Below are positions 36,123 to 50,500 of a stretch of DNA of 64,000 bases, piece after piece; position 1 is the first letter of the stretch, and each line of letters opens with the position of its first letter. Position numbers and translations under genes: made by a program. Under the pieces are notes generated by a model. That model was not told the DNA's origin. It worked only from the letters and a program-made list of their open reading frames with translations, and did not search any database. The stretch comes from Parasitella parasitica NRRL 2501 (Eukaryota > Fungi > Mucoromycota), in the NCBI GenBank assembly GCA_025201805.1, contig MU619296.1, positions 116,815 to 180,814 of the forward strand. The letters run 5' to 3'.

Positions 36123-36593
36123 TGTATAAAGTAATAAAGACTTTCTGAATAAAACCAGATACAAAACTGAAGACTTTTATTGACATAAGATATGATCTCT
36201 ATTTATACTAAAATATATCCTAATCTATGTTTATCCACATAACATCTGATGTTTGACAAGAAGTGCCAAACCTTATTAAATCACAGCATTTCCAGGACAG
36301 ACCTATCTTTCTATTTTACATTAAAGAGAAGATTGGGTAGGATGTCTTCCCGACATCCCGCGATCTGATCTAGATGTATTCTTTGAATAAGCCTGGAACC
36401 TTACAAGAGGTCCAATTACAACTTGTAGTTTATTCCTTATTTGTAAAAGAATTACCAACAATTAATATCATGATCCATGCATTATGACTAAGTTAGATAT
36501 GACATATGTAGCCTTTATATGGATGATACAACAATATTTTTTCCGTGAATCCATAGATCAATTTATACCGATTCCACAAACATGAAATATACA
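36123..36593 (-). mobile_element. Candidate solo LTR (471 bp) with 4-bp TSD
   Basis: TGTATA...TATACA termini flanked by GATT; TATAAAT and AATAAA read on the minus strand. Confidence 0.6.
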
Positions 36594-36848
36594 GATTATA
36601 TTTTATATAAATACATCCCAGATCTTTCAACTTGATGGATCTTGGCTTACATTTTTAACTTTGAATAAATATCGAAGAGTTATAATTGTATATCCTTTCC
36701 GCTTTTTTATTATATTTCTTTATCGCATATGGCATGATTGTAGTGGTTTCTTGCTTGATTTATTGTCTTTCCTAATAGCCGTTTAATGATACGCAATTCT
36801 TTGTTTATTAATTATAATTCTATTAAAAGTCTACTGCTGCTCTAACAT

Positions 36849-39800
36849 CTATTCTCTCTTCGACCAGCCACATTCAGCGTTCGAATCTTTCACCATGTCT
36901 ACCAATGGGAAATAATGATTCACCATTTTTACAGAAAGCATTATTGGGACATTATCAAAACTAAGACAGCGTACACGGACATAAGTGTTATCTTCAGCAT
37001 CCTTAACAGCAACGATGAGATCATCCAAGGTTACTACTTTCTTTGAATTAATGTGGGTAATCCACATTGTAGGCACCAAGCCATACATGTATGCAGGGGA
37101 TCCCTTTGAGCGCGCAGAAATGTAGATTTGAGTTGGCAACGTTTTGCTTTGCTGTAAGACAGCTTTATGGGGTTCTGAATCAAGAGATAAAGCTTAGAAA
37201 CCACATGTATACCTCTTTTGTAATCTTTTACTTGAACTTTACCATGTAATGCTGCACCTGCCCAAAATATAACTCTGCTTGTTCCATCGCCTGAAACTGG
37301 GCTCGTTTTGACCTTGACAACCATTTCCTTCTTAGCACGTAAGATGGTCATTTCAATTTCTTCTGAATCGTATTGAACGTCCATCTCAAACATGCGAGTG
37401 ATCACTTTTCCATTCACAGACAGAATCAAATCCAGTTCTTTCAGCACTTTTGAACTTTCCGATGCTGCTTCTGTTCTACGGATCATAAACAGTTGGTGTT
37501 TTGATGGATTGGCTTGCTCTACTTTACGAATCCAGCCATCTGATAAACCCATAGCTGCCGCTTGCGCCATTTGAACAGGCATTAGCTCGACATTGATGCT
37601 ACAGAGCGCAACATGTTCTTCTCCACTTCGCAGACGATCCAAAACAGTGCGCACGGTCGAAATATGGATACCGAGATGATATTCATTATCATGTCCATTC
37701 ATATTGCGTTCTCCCAAAAAGTTCATCCACAAGCCTTGTACAAGCCCATCAGAACCTGCTAAAATACCAGAGGAACATTGAAGCGCTAATGGTGTATCCA
37801 GAGTAATAGCATCCATGTTGATACTTCGGAATCGAGGTGTCTATAACAATATGCGTTAGTTTTGTTTTGACTATATAGAAAATTAGATATATGCACTTTA
37901 CTCCATTGTGTGGTATTGTTACACACGTAACGTCGGTGATGACAGTGTTTAAACAGACTGGTCTTTGATTGTGATTATTGGCTACCAAGGTTACTTTATG
38001 CCCTTGTGACAATGTCTTTTCACTAAAAGGAGCACTCAAAACATCTGTATCACCTAATAGCTTAGGATCATACTGAACAACTGCAAAATTGTGTGTGGGA
38101 TGCAAAAACTAAGCGACAACATCAGTATCTTACGCAAAAAATGTTTGGTTATTTTCAACTTACTAGCACCTTGGCAGGGATGACAAGAGAGTCTGCTACA
38201 TTCAGTGTCAAATCACCCATAGACGTAGGCACGATGCTGCGGCTTACAATAACGAGGCCCTTTTCTTTATCGACAACGACACCAGTGCCTTGTTTACGAT
38301 TGCGAGGAAAGCCGTCTAAACGGCAAGGCATATAGAAGCTGACTTTGACCAAGCAGCGGATTAGGTTCTTTGCAGGACCAAGACTATCATCCAATTGAAT
38401 AAAGTGTTTAGTGGATGGTTTGAGAGGTTTGGGAGGCAATGGCTCCCCTAAATCAGTGAAATCCCATAATCCAGTATTGTCGTTTCTTACAGCTAGTCTA
38501 AAGCTGGACCAATGTCTTTCAACTTGCACCACAGCAACCAAGATGGTGTGAGTATCAGCAATTGAATAGTAGACAACAGGTACACGCGCACGGTCAGGGA
38601 TAGACTTCATGACTGAAATAAATGTATCGAGGTTGGGTGTATCTTTATCGTCGACAGATTTGATGATCCAGCCGTTGTCAGGTCCGTCAAGACGGAACAC
38701 TAAATCACGGGTTAAATTATGAATGACAGACACTATCCTCGATGTAACACTTACTGCCCGAAGGATCAGCAACATAAACGCCTTTGCAAGGGATACAGTA
38801 AGCTCTGGCTAGTTGATAAGAGACTTCATTTAATTTGGATCCACCAATCTCGACATAACGGTCAGGGGTACTATGATAAATAAAGTGGCAGGGTGAATAC
38901 GCATGTTAGCTGCTACTTTGACTTTCCAATTGCTTACATAGCATGAAGATCTCCCACTTCAATATTGAATTCCATAGGTTTACCTCCACGCTCAACACAG
39001 ATAGTAACCTCGTTTCCAACATTCGAATCAAGCATGGATTCGAAAGGTACAAATTTGGTGATATACTCGCCATTGATTGTCAACAAAATATCACCTTCCT
39101 CTAATTTCTTATAGGCAGGACCGTCAGGCAAGACAGTTTCTGTTACGAGAAGACCAATTTCATCGGGATACAGCTTTCTCAGTTTTTCCTCAGTTTCTGG
39201 GCGTAAACCTAATCTGCGTGCTTCATCAAATGGACGGTATCTATGGAGATGTCAGTTTTGTTTCGTGTCCAATTGTGCAGTACTTACGTAAATTGTGTCT
39301 GAATATCACCACGAGGCACAGGTTCACCTCTTTGGATGAAACCCAATGCATGCTTAATTCTATCTAAAGGCAAGAAAAAATCGGTGGCAGCTTTTGTATG
39401 GCCACCTGCTTGTAATGCCACAGCATTACCCTCAATATCAATGACAGGTGAGCCTGAACTTCCACCACTAGTGCTTGAAGCAGCTTGCCTATCATTGAAA
39501 TTAGTAGCTATAGCAAGCGCTGCCTCCATACTTTACTTACAGATAAAAAGTATTGAAATCGTTATATGTCAAATCGCCATACTCAGGCGTATTGCGGTCC
39601 AATCTCGAGATTGAACCAGCCAAAATACTGAGCTTCTCGCCAGCGTCGTTACTATCGACAGACATTGAGCCGTTAGTTCTCCTCAACGCCATCTTACCAT
39701 TACACATCCTTACCCAACGACTCGAATATCCAAACCCACTTTGGCCAATTCAGGTCGAAGTTCGACTTGGGACAATGGCATGTACTTGATTTTCTTAGGA

Positions 39801-40449
39801 TCAAATCTAATTAAGAGAGATAGATCGAAGAATTAGCGTCGGATAGCAAGAATGAAGCTACCACTACATTTACTTTAAGAAGCCAAAATCATGGACAGGA
39901 TCACGATAGATAGGATAAACATCTACTTCCTCGTGGTCATGACAAATTGCTTCACCTACAAACGGACCAGCACAGGCAACATGTCGATTCGTCAAGATGA
40001 TGCCCTTCTTTGCATCAACTATGAATCCAGAGGCTTCAGAAGTCTCAGGACCTATGAAGAACAAACAAAAAAAAAAAAAAAAAAAAAAAAATTAACTCTT
40101 CAATGCCCTCATGTCATAATACTAGTGGTAACCAACCTTCAGTGTCGAATGCGGCTACCTGGCTGAAGCGGATAGAAACGATAGCTTTGACTACGTTATT
40201 AATGGTTCCTTGCCATCTGGAGGGCTTCAGTTCAGGAATGATGGGCAATGCATCAGTCATTGCAGCAGCATCTTCTAGCAACGCGTCCTCCTCTTCTTGA
40301 TGTTGATGGGACAAAGAATCCACCTTTCTCCGTTTGGCTGGATATGTCGATGTAGTTGATGCGGGTGAGTCACCTCCCTCAAAATTGCGATCTTTGGGCA
40401 GCAAAGGTAAGGAAGAAACCTTTTCTGGAGTCAATCGAGTGTTGTTCAT
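36849..40449 (-). CDS. NMA111: Nuclear HtrA-like serine protease Nma111 (duplicated protease + PDZ modules); multi-exon
   Basis: [49 protein letters not shown], a degenerate second protease module and C-terminal HYFP. Confidence 0.95.
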
Positions 40450-40673
40450 CGCCGATTATTTGGGTAGGAAGAGTGCAAGGATGCTGCAAGATGCTTTCCT
40501 TTCCATTGTTTTAGCTTGACATTGAACCGTTTTCAGAGTATTACCGGTCACATGGAAAGCCTAGTTTTCAATCTTTTTCGCAACAGGAGCCATTGAAAAC
40601 GACACAAAGCGCCAAAAGAGGGAAGCGTGTTTTTTTTCTCTTGCAAAATATACGAGAAAAAATACCCAAATCC

Positions 40674-42216
40674 ATGAAACGAGCGAGCGAAAAAGAAGTA
40701 ACTTCTGTCCACAAAAAGCCCAAAAGCGATGCCATCCAACTTCGTTCTGTACGAATTCTTCCAAACGCTACCCAGAATCAGCTTGTCAGCAAGAACAAGA
40801 CCAATGGAGAGATAGAGACCATTGTCTTATCCTCTGACGAAGAAAACGATGATCCAGCACCGTCACTCAAGGCCAAGGCAAGAGAACTGCTGCCCTCCTC
40901 CAGCACTTCTGATAGTCAAGATTTAAAAAGTTTGGAATTCACCATCACTAAACAAGCGACGTCTGCTCTTAAACAATCACCTGCCTCTGCTCGCCAAGTC
41001 CCTGTTGATAAATCGACCCAACCGCTTCCCATGAGACTTAACACCCAAAAGAAGCCAAAGGTTCGGATTCCCATAAAGAAAACGTCGATCTCAGCCAGCA
41101 TAAACGAAAGTAGCGACGACGAGGGTGTGAGCAATGCGAATCAAGATATAGAGGCAATGTCGGCTGAGCCAAAACTAAATTCTAGTCTCGAAGCAATCGA
41201 TGATGACGACCAGGAAAAAGAAGAGGTGGATGAATTGGACTCTGACTCGGATTTGGATGAATCCACCTTGCAAAAAGTGTTTCCACTTGCACCACAAACA
41301 AATCACCAGCAAACCAAACTGCCGTACAGCCAAGCATTAAGCCATCTGCAAGAAATCTCAAAACCGCTCGACACAATTGCTCACCAGGAAGAACTCGTAA
41401 AATCAGCCGCTTTGATGAGAAAGCTTCCTGCGCGCGAAAGCCGAAATAAAGTCACCACTTACAACGACATTGCCAATTCGCTTGATCCGAGCCAATTTGC
41501 AGTTGATTATCTATCGTCAGCAGACGATGAGAGCGAAATAGATGCCTTCAGCTATGGCAACGCATTTAGCCACAACGACGACTCTTTATCTGCTGTCTTC
41601 ACCAAATACAGCAAACAGGCCAATTTATCCCGCCCACGCAGATCACTAAAGACTGGGTTTGTCTACGATACTGCCATGTCATATCATGCCACTCCTGATG
41701 ACACCGAAATTCATCCTGAAGACCCCCGGCGTATCTTTAAAATCTTCAACATAATAGAGCGTCGCGGTTTATTATCAGAGTGCAAGCGCATAAAGAGCAG
41801 AAGAGCAACTAAAGAGGAGATCTTGCTTGTACACAACATTAACCATTACAGAACGCTAAGAAACACCTCAGGTATGGTAACCCCCTACCAAATGCTGGTT
41901 TTCTTTTTATAACATGATTTCATACAACAGACTTGAAGAGCCGTGCTGATTACATGAACATGGAAAAGGACTACGACTCAATCTATTTGAATTCCAACTC
42001 ATTCGAAAGTGGCCTTTACGCTGTAGGGAGTCTGTGTAATTTGATTGAGGCAGTTGTGCGGGACGAAATCAAGAATGCGTTTGCTATTATCCGGCCTCCT
42101 GGCCATCATGCCGAATCAGACGTACCCATGGGCTTTTGTCTGTTTAACAATGTTGCTATCGCTACCAGATACTGCATGAAACGGTTGAATGTCAAAAAGA
42201 CGCTTATTGTTGATTG

Positions 42217-42261
<45 letters not shown>

Positions 42262-42933
42262 GGACAAGATGCAGGCAGATGGGAATTTAACTAGACGTAA
42301 TTTCAGGGACATACATTTCGGAAATGGCACTCAAAACATTTTTTCTGATGATCCAAATGTATTGTACATCTCATTACATCGATTCGAAGACGGCTCATTT
42401 TACCCTAGCGATCTAAAAGGATGTGCTTCATACACTGGTCATGACAAAGGACTTGGAAAGACTGTGAATATACCATGGCCTTGTGCAGGGATGACAGATG
42501 CCGATTATATTTATGCATTCCATGAGATTGTTATACCAATTGCCATGGAATTCAACCCCGAAATCGTTATTGGTAAGTGAAATACATGCTTTGGGCGGTG
42601 AATGTGCTGTTCAACTATCTGATAGTGTCCGCTGGATTTGACGCTGCTATCAATGACCCAATTGGCAAATGTAAAGTGACGCCAGCAGGCTATGGACAAA
42701 TGACACATTTGCTGAAAGGTGTCGCAAACGGTAAACTGGCTATAGCATTGGAAGGAGGATACGACTTGAACTCCATTGCTATTTCGGCACTTGCCTGTAT
42801 GAATGTGTTGCTTGGCGAAGCACCTGAGCCGATTCAGTCCACGCTATTCCCTCAGAAGCAATGTGTACAAACCATTGAAACTGTGAAAGAGATCCAAAGA
42901 CATCACTGGAAATGCTTTTCCCAAGAGTTTTAG
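40674..42933 (+). CDS. Class II histone deacetylase (Hda1/Clr3-like) with a long disordered N-terminus; multi-exon
   Basis: HPEDPRRI, IRPPGHHAE, GFCLFNNVA, VDW|DIHFGNGTQ, VSAGFDAA..DPIG, ALEGGY. Confidence 0.92.
42218..42258. repeat. (TG)n microsatellite directly after the 5' splice site of an HDAC intron
   Basis: About 19-20 TG units following GTAT. Confidence 0.95.
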
Positions 42934-42969
42934 ATTTTATATATGTATTTTTTCATTTTTTCATTTTTT

Positions 42970-43045
<76 letters not shown>

Positions 43046-43050
43046 CATTT

Positions 43051-44607
43051 TCAAGCCTTTTTAAAAAAACTAAACAAGTTAGATTGACCAGTGGGTTTTT
43101 TAGCGTTTTTAACTGCTTTGCTAGACTTTTTGGTATTTTGCTGTGCTGTCAAAGCTTTAGAGGGCAAAGCTGCAGTTGGAGTCGATGATTTGATCTCGTC
43201 TTCATCGACTGTTTCCCATTCCCAAACTTCTTCTGTCACTGTTTATAGTGAGTGAATTTGTCATTATTAGTGGCAAGATCATCCTTTGCATGCAACAAAA
43301 TGAAAACGTACCGAGGAAACCACGGCTGTTCTTTGTGGTCTTTTTCTTCAGAACCTTTCTTCTCGCTTTCCCAGAAGGTGCAGCTGCAGAAACAGGCGCT
43401 GAAGGTTCTCTTTTTTCTTCATCCGTGTCCATGTTAACATCTTCTTTCTCTTCTTCAACCTCCAAATCTTCTTCAATCTCCAAATCTTCTTCTGGTTCAG
43501 GCTCCCTCACCTCTTCTTTCTCTTCCTCTTCGTCCTCGTCTTCCTCGTCTTCCTCGTGTTCTTCTTCGTCAGAGAAAATATCAGACGCCTTGATCGAAGT
43601 TTTGGCCATACGAACGTCTAAATCATCTTGATTCTCATCAATGCCATACTTTTATCACAATCGCCCAACCGAATTTTCTTACCATGTTCGTTCTTGGGCT
43701 TCATCTTAGCAATGGATTTCTTGGCTACGGGTTTGGAAACGGGCTCTTCCATCTTGGCTGATGAAGCAACCGCTTGTTTCTTGGTGATGGAAGGCCCGAA
43801 ATTCAAAGTGCCCTTTCTTTTAGCTGCGGCTGGTGTGTCAGAAGATGGCTTTGATGGCTTTGATGGCTTTGATGACTTTGCGTTTGATTTGGTTTCGTTG
43901 CTGACGATATTCGTAGTCGGAGCGGCAGGTTTGCTTGATATATTGGATGTCAAAGGCTTGGTCTTGGAAATAGTCGATGTTTGGGTTTCATTAGTTGCTT
44001 TGCGAGCTGTCGATGCAGTGTTTCGTAAGGCAACATTCGAGTTCTTTAGAATACCGCATTTCACTCGATCCTCAATAGTGAGCTTGGGGGCATCTCTGCA
44101 TGCACTGTAAAATATCGAGAAATCCTCAGGGTCGAATGAGGTGATGCTGTAAACATGAACACCAGAGATCTCTTTATATCCCTTTTTGGCGTCTACATAA
44201 AGTATTTTTTATGTTATATTTGAGGTACTGCGGGGGAAGGGGAGGGGAACGGGTTTCTTGAAAGACTCACCTTCCAATTTGGCATCTTTCACCAATTGTA
44301 TGTTGAATTGATTGCTTTTCAGCAATATGCCAGTGATGCAATAAATCGCTCGAACATCTTGGTGAGCCTCTGAAAATTCATACAAAACCCTTTGTGTCAG
44401 GATTAGTAAAACATGTGCCTACAGCATTTAGACATGCCGTACTTACTGCTTGGCCTTATTGACGTGGATGCCAACAGCTCGTGCTAAAGATTTATAGGTT
44501 ACCTGTGTTTTGATTAGGCTCATCCCGTTTCTAACGAAATAATGCAGACTTACAGGCTTATTTTCCTGGAGTACAGCGACGTCTAAATACTCCATGTAAT
44601 CTGACAT
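43051..44607 (-). CDS. POL32: DNA polymerase delta subunit 3 (Pol32/Cdc27/POLD3); multi-exon
   Basis: MSDYMEYL...VTYKSLARAVGIHVNKAKQ winged-helix start, GKARRKVLKKKTTKN..GFLVTEEVWEWE, C-terminal PIP box QSNLFSFFKK. Confidence 0.9.
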
Positions 44608-44770
44608 GATTGCTCAGCAAAGATAAAGGGGGGGGGGTTTCTTTTTTACATGCGCGGAATTGGATTTCCATGCAAAAGCTGCACGCGTTTTTGTGACCAT
44701 CCTGTAGCAGCAGCAAGAACATGCACAGGTCCTGGGTACTATTACGGTACCGTATATGGCAAATGTTCCT

Positions 44771-46838
44771 TTAAATTTTGGATTTATTTTGGCCAAATTT
44801 ACTAAAAGCATCCATGTTCAACTCCTCATCCGTCCAAGGTATCAAGTCGAAATCAGAAGCCTCCTCAGAACTGTCGCCATCATTGCTATAATTGACACTG
44901 GCGCTCGGAATGACCGAGCTGCCGTCTTTGCCATGTTCGTGCTCTTTGGATCGAAGGCAGGCAAACAGGCTGTCAGAAGCCGGCTTTTCTTGCGCAGTCT
45001 TGTCCTTGTCGTCTTCTACGACAACGAATGATTTCTGGCGTTCGCGACTATTCCATTGAAGACAGGTCTGCACAGACGAAAACCAATCGTTGCTGGAATC
45101 GCAAGAGCAGAAGGTTTTGACAGGATAAGGAGACACTGTGATTTTGACATGGTCGCCCTGCTTCAGCTCTGTCCTGTTTCTGCCATCAAAGCTACAATAA
45201 GCTGAATGCCTCGACCCGAAAGGAACAACGATGCGAATCACCATCTCGCTTGGTAGGAGCATGGGCCTAAAACTGAGTGTATGAGGACAGATTGGGGTTA
45301 CAAGTGTACATTGCATATCAGGATGTGTAAGGGAACCACTTGCAGAAAGCTTGAAACAAAAAAAAAAAAGGTTAAGTAAAATTATATACTATGTGGAGGG
45401 AGAGGGGGGGGGGGAAATACTAGGGCATTTTACCGAGTAAGCAGTTGATCCAGTCGCTGTAGCAATGCACAATCCATCAGCTTGCACAGTGGTAAGATGA
45501 CGCTCATCACCAAACAGCTCAAGCATAGAAATGTTGGAGCTTGGGCCTCGGTCCACGACGATTTCATTCAAAATGTGGAAATTCTGCGTGGGTACAGTTG
45601 AATAGCACATTACTTTCTCATCCATTAGATTTATAATGCTCTTGTCTCTTTTGGATTCCTGCTCAAACGCTTTCCTCATCCATGCTGTTTCCATCAGCTC
45701 CCACTTGCTCTGATCATCTGCCAACGATGCCCCATCAGGGTCGTCCATGGTCACAGATTGTGTCCATACTGTATCGCTCTGCGAGCCTCTCCTTGCACGC
45801 ATTAAACAGTACGGGTCTTGTTTGTAGCGATACACTGTGCAGCTAAGACGCATGCGATTAGTATGCTTCAGACGCCCCTCAAATAGGTTTTTTAGCTCCT
45901 CCTTGTAGGTGGTAGACAAGAAGGGTGCAAGGAATCCCAACGAGCCCAAGTGGAATGGCATAATAGGAGGGACAGTGGTCTGGAACATGGTTGAAGTGAA
46001 TAGGATAGTGCCGTCTCCACCAAGCTGCATGGGTTTTAGCGGCCGTTAGTGTTGTCATCTCTGCTTATCCGATGCATATTTTACCGTGATAATGAGACTG
46101 AATAGCTCAGGCTGCTTATGACAGAGTTTGGGCGTCCAGAATTTGAGATGTGTTCCATAGACGCAATCCTTTTCCACAAGCTTGCTGTACCCAAAGCGTT
46201 TGGAGTTCAGCAGATGTGCATCTACGTAGCTAAAAGACGCATATATTTTTAATAACCATACAAGCTGTAATGCACAAGCGCTGTTATTTACACTATAAAA
46301 GGATTCTTCTTTCCAAACCGAGGAGTAAATATCAGCCATTCTGCTAATTGACGCGTAAAGGAGACCAGTGTGTTGTCCTTGGCTTTGGTCATGACCAAGA
46401 TTCCATTGTTTTTGGGGTCCCAAGTGTCCATAGTCCGAGAAAAAGCTAGCAGTAATAATCAATGGGTATTTTCGGTAGAGATTCGAATAAAGTACCATAC
46501 CTTGCTTTTTATTGGGAGGAGGAGGAGGACTTGACCCCGCGTTAGCTTCTCGCTTCGTACCACCTGGCTGCATTGATATTATAAAGCAGAATAATTATCG
46601 TCAAAAGGAAAATCAAAGAGATGCGAAAAAAAAAAATACCTGAATGTTGTTTCATATCGTCAGTATCAACGACTTGATGCTTATCTGTCTTCCAAATCAC
46701 CTCGCTGAAAACAATGGTATACATCAGTTTTATATGAACGAGTTTCGGGCAATGTTGATGTAGCACATGCCTGTATATGATATTTCACTAACCAGCTTGT
46801 TATACATGGACACAGATCTCGTCTTGCATATCTATCGT
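44771..46838 (-). CDS. ATP-NAD(H) kinase (Utr1/Yef1-like); multi-exon, 5' end unresolved
   Basis: LGGDGTIL, FHLGSLGFL, LNEIVVDRG, QADGLCIATATGSTAYS, TPICPHTLSFRP. The start codon could not be fixed. Confidence 0.9.
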
Positions 46839-47535
46839 CTAATAAAATTGAAAATTTTACAAATCCTATCGCAGCTCGACCACGACCACGGCAAATTTGG
46901 TCAGAAGGCGTTATTTTGGCGCCTTTCTCTTACAGCATTACAACGTATTGGTGAGCATTTGTAGAACATTTGCTCAGCAGATTGAATCAAACAGGCATGT
47001 AAATTGTGCTTTTCTATCTCTGCTTTTCAAGTGTTTTTGCTTCCTGCTACTGCTGACCGACACGTATTATTACCAACTATGTTTCTAAATTTGTGAGCAA
47101 AGGGCATATACCTGTATTTTCCTATTTGATTCGATTGGTTGGATGGTCACCATGGGCACATCATTGTAACCATTTTCTCGGCTTTGACATCTCGGATGCT
47201 ACGGAGTAATGTTTTAAGTAGCACATCATGGGACAACTGACACTTGTAAGGTTTCTCATATTAATAATCATAACGAAAAGGATAATTGGGTAAAATAATG
47301 TGTGGAGATATTGAACTGCTGAAAGGCATCTGCTTGTAGGGATCGCCAGTTGGTCATGGAAGATGAAGCTTACTAATTAAATTAATAGGTGAATGCCCTG
47401 CACTTCGGTAATTTGATTTTGCCGCAATTTGATGTTGTATCGATGCGGGTAGACAAAAAGTTTATACCTTGCTTTTCGGTATTGCTGTTTGGTTTTTTTT
47501 TTCCTTTCAGTTTTGCACATGTGGTCAAAAATACT

Positions 47536-50500
47536 ATGATGAACAATAACTATTTTGACGTGAAAACACCAGACAACATTTCAGAAGCTGATTTGAGCTC
47601 TTCAGACAAGAAACGATATAGAATAACTCGTGCCTGGTAAGTGTTAATATGTCGAAATAGAGTTTTTTTTTTTTTTACTGACGTCTGTCTCCTCTATCAG
47701 TGATTACTGCAGAAAGAAAAAAGTGAAATGCTACTTTACGCCAGGACAAGCCTGTTCAAATTGTGTTTCAAGTGGAATAAGATGCGAATTCAACGATGGG
47801 TAAAACTCATATATATATGTAAATTGCGAGGATGGGAGACTCATTTGAAATAAATCTACTTGCTAGTGCCAAAAAACGTGGACCACCAAAGGGGTAAATT
47901 AGATATATGTGGGTAATAGTTTGTTTGAGATGGCTGATGAGTTGAAACAGTTATATCGACGCATTGGAAAAACGCATCCGCAGGATTGAGGAATCACTAC
48001 AAAACGGCCCTCAAGCAAACACAGCAGCAGCACAGCAATCACCAACACTGCTGCATTACGATCGTCAGTCTCCATCTAGATTTGATTCAATGCAGTCAAT
48101 GAGCACAGCCAGTGCAAGTAAACGGCCTCAAGGCGCATCGTCCGACAGAGTTCAATATTTAGGCGATATGTCAAGTTTTCAGTTCTTTTCGAATAAAATG
48201 CATTTGGATGGCAAAGATACGAAATGGAAAGGCCATCATATACGTAAATTCGGGAAGCAAGTTGTTTTAGTCGAGGACGGTAAAGATGAGCAAGGGGCAG
48301 ACCCTGAAAATCCACAATTGCAACTACTGCCGTATGTCAAACCAATCCATTATTGGATCTACTCCGTCACTGGCGTAGATAGACATACAAGCGACCGTTT
48401 ACTTAAAATGTGAGTGTTCGGATGCATTGGCTCATAGATGAACATAATCTAATTGCGCCGCATACAAATATGATAGCTATTTCGCCAATATTCATCCAGT
48501 ATTACCAGTGGTCAACAAGACTCGATTTCTACTACAATACCGAGACCAGGCAGATACGTACCCCCCAGCCGATTTATTGAATGCAATGTTTGGTGCTGCT
48601 GCAAGATTCGTTGAATGCGAAGCCCTGATACAAAAGTCTAAATCAAATCAACCTCCGGATGTTGTGTGGGATGTCCCACTGGGATGGTCGGACCAGTTCT
48701 TTGACCAAGCCCAGGGTATCATCACCACTTCTGCTGCAACACCTACTATTTCCAAAGTACAGGCCATTATCTTGATTCACAACCACAGCGGCAACCTCGA
48801 CTCCAAGTCATCAGCATGCTGGTTATTGGGCGGTTTGGCCATACGATTAGCTCAAGGTCTGGGGCTCAATCGGGATTGTGAGGAATGGGACATCCCTGAA
48901 AGCGAAAAGCAAACAAGAAAAAGAATCTGGTGGTCTCTGTATGTCGCAGATCGATTCCACTCTGCCTCTTTGGGAAGGCCCATCAGCATTAGAGATGAAG
49001 ACAATGACGTTGGCTATCCTGATGCAACCGCCACATGGAAAGAAGTACTAGACGAACCCGACGAGGAGCAGACAGCGCTGGAACCCTTGGCAGAGCCTAG
49101 ATTTCCTTCTGCCATGAGCAGGCCGAAACAGCAGCATCGGCAGCTTGATGCAAAAGTTGGCATTTATCAATTGTTCCTTGAGCTCATCAAATTGTCTGAA
49201 ATATTGGGCCGCATCCTCCAGGGACTCTATACGCCCAAAGCCAAAAAAGTGGGGCTGGAACAAGGAAGCGATGCAATTGTAACTCAACTCGACCACCAGC
49301 TAACTGAATGGCGTTTTGGGTTCCCCGAAGCATTACAAAGGGCAAACTTTGAAGATTTTGACGAAAGCAAGGGCTATTTGGCCCCTGTTACAGGTAAAAA
49401 AAACACTTTTCACACTGTTCTAAGACTTGTACCCGATATGCTCATCTTTTTCTCTAACAGCATCTGTATTGCTGTGTTATTTCAGTCTGTTGATTTTGCT
49501 TCATCGCCCATTCATCGAGGCTGTCGCAAATGGGAAAAAGCCAAGACCTTCTTATTCATCATTCAGAATTGGTACTAGTGCAGCCACTCGCGGCATTCGG
49601 ATTGCCTCACAAATGACGATTCGTGATTTCTTGATGTTTCCATACTCTTTTAGCTTGTATCCAGTGCTTCAATGCTGCTTAATCCACATGTATAATACAA
49701 AGAATCTTGATGCACGAATATCAGCACCTGCAAAAGCTGATTTAACAAAGGGCATAACACTCATATCTCGACTAAGAGCCATGTCAAGCACAGCAGAGAG
49801 GTTATATCGACTACTAAAGACTATCATGAACAACAAGGAAATCGAAGTAGCTGTACCACCTTCTGACTCGGAAGAGTCTGTGCGTTCCAGAGATAACAGT
49901 ATCGATAGTACGACAATTCCATCTCGTTTGTCTGATGTTGGGCGAGGGGCTAACACGAGAAATGCAATGCACTCACACCAGCAGCAGCAAATAGCACCAC
50001 AAGCCCCATCAGGCAGGATAACGCCTGTTATTGCTCAATCACCTCAAGAGCAGTACTATCCTAAACGACAATTTCAGCAATCTCTTTCCGAAGTGATAGC
50101 ACCTCCCACAATGGATGGATCCAGTAAGTGCGCTAATCAACTGCCGATGAAAAAAGCTAACCTTTGTCTCTAGTGTCTCAATCATCCGCACCTTCTCCTA
50201 CATCCATGTCAGAAGCATTCAGTTTAAAGCAGTTTGGATTCAACAATACGCTTGGAGATCCGAATCAACTAGATTACACTATGCAAGACGTATCTGCATT
50301 TTCCAAGATGGAAACCTTACCCCCTATGCCCATGTACAGCAACGGCAACAGCAACAGCAACAGCAACAGCAGCAGCAATCTATTTCAGCAGCCTCAAAAT
50401 CACTCTGTGAATACATCATCGCAACTATTATCATTTGTACCTAATACTAGCACATCCATCCCACCTCCTCAACAGCCTCATGCTCCTACATCAATGCCTC

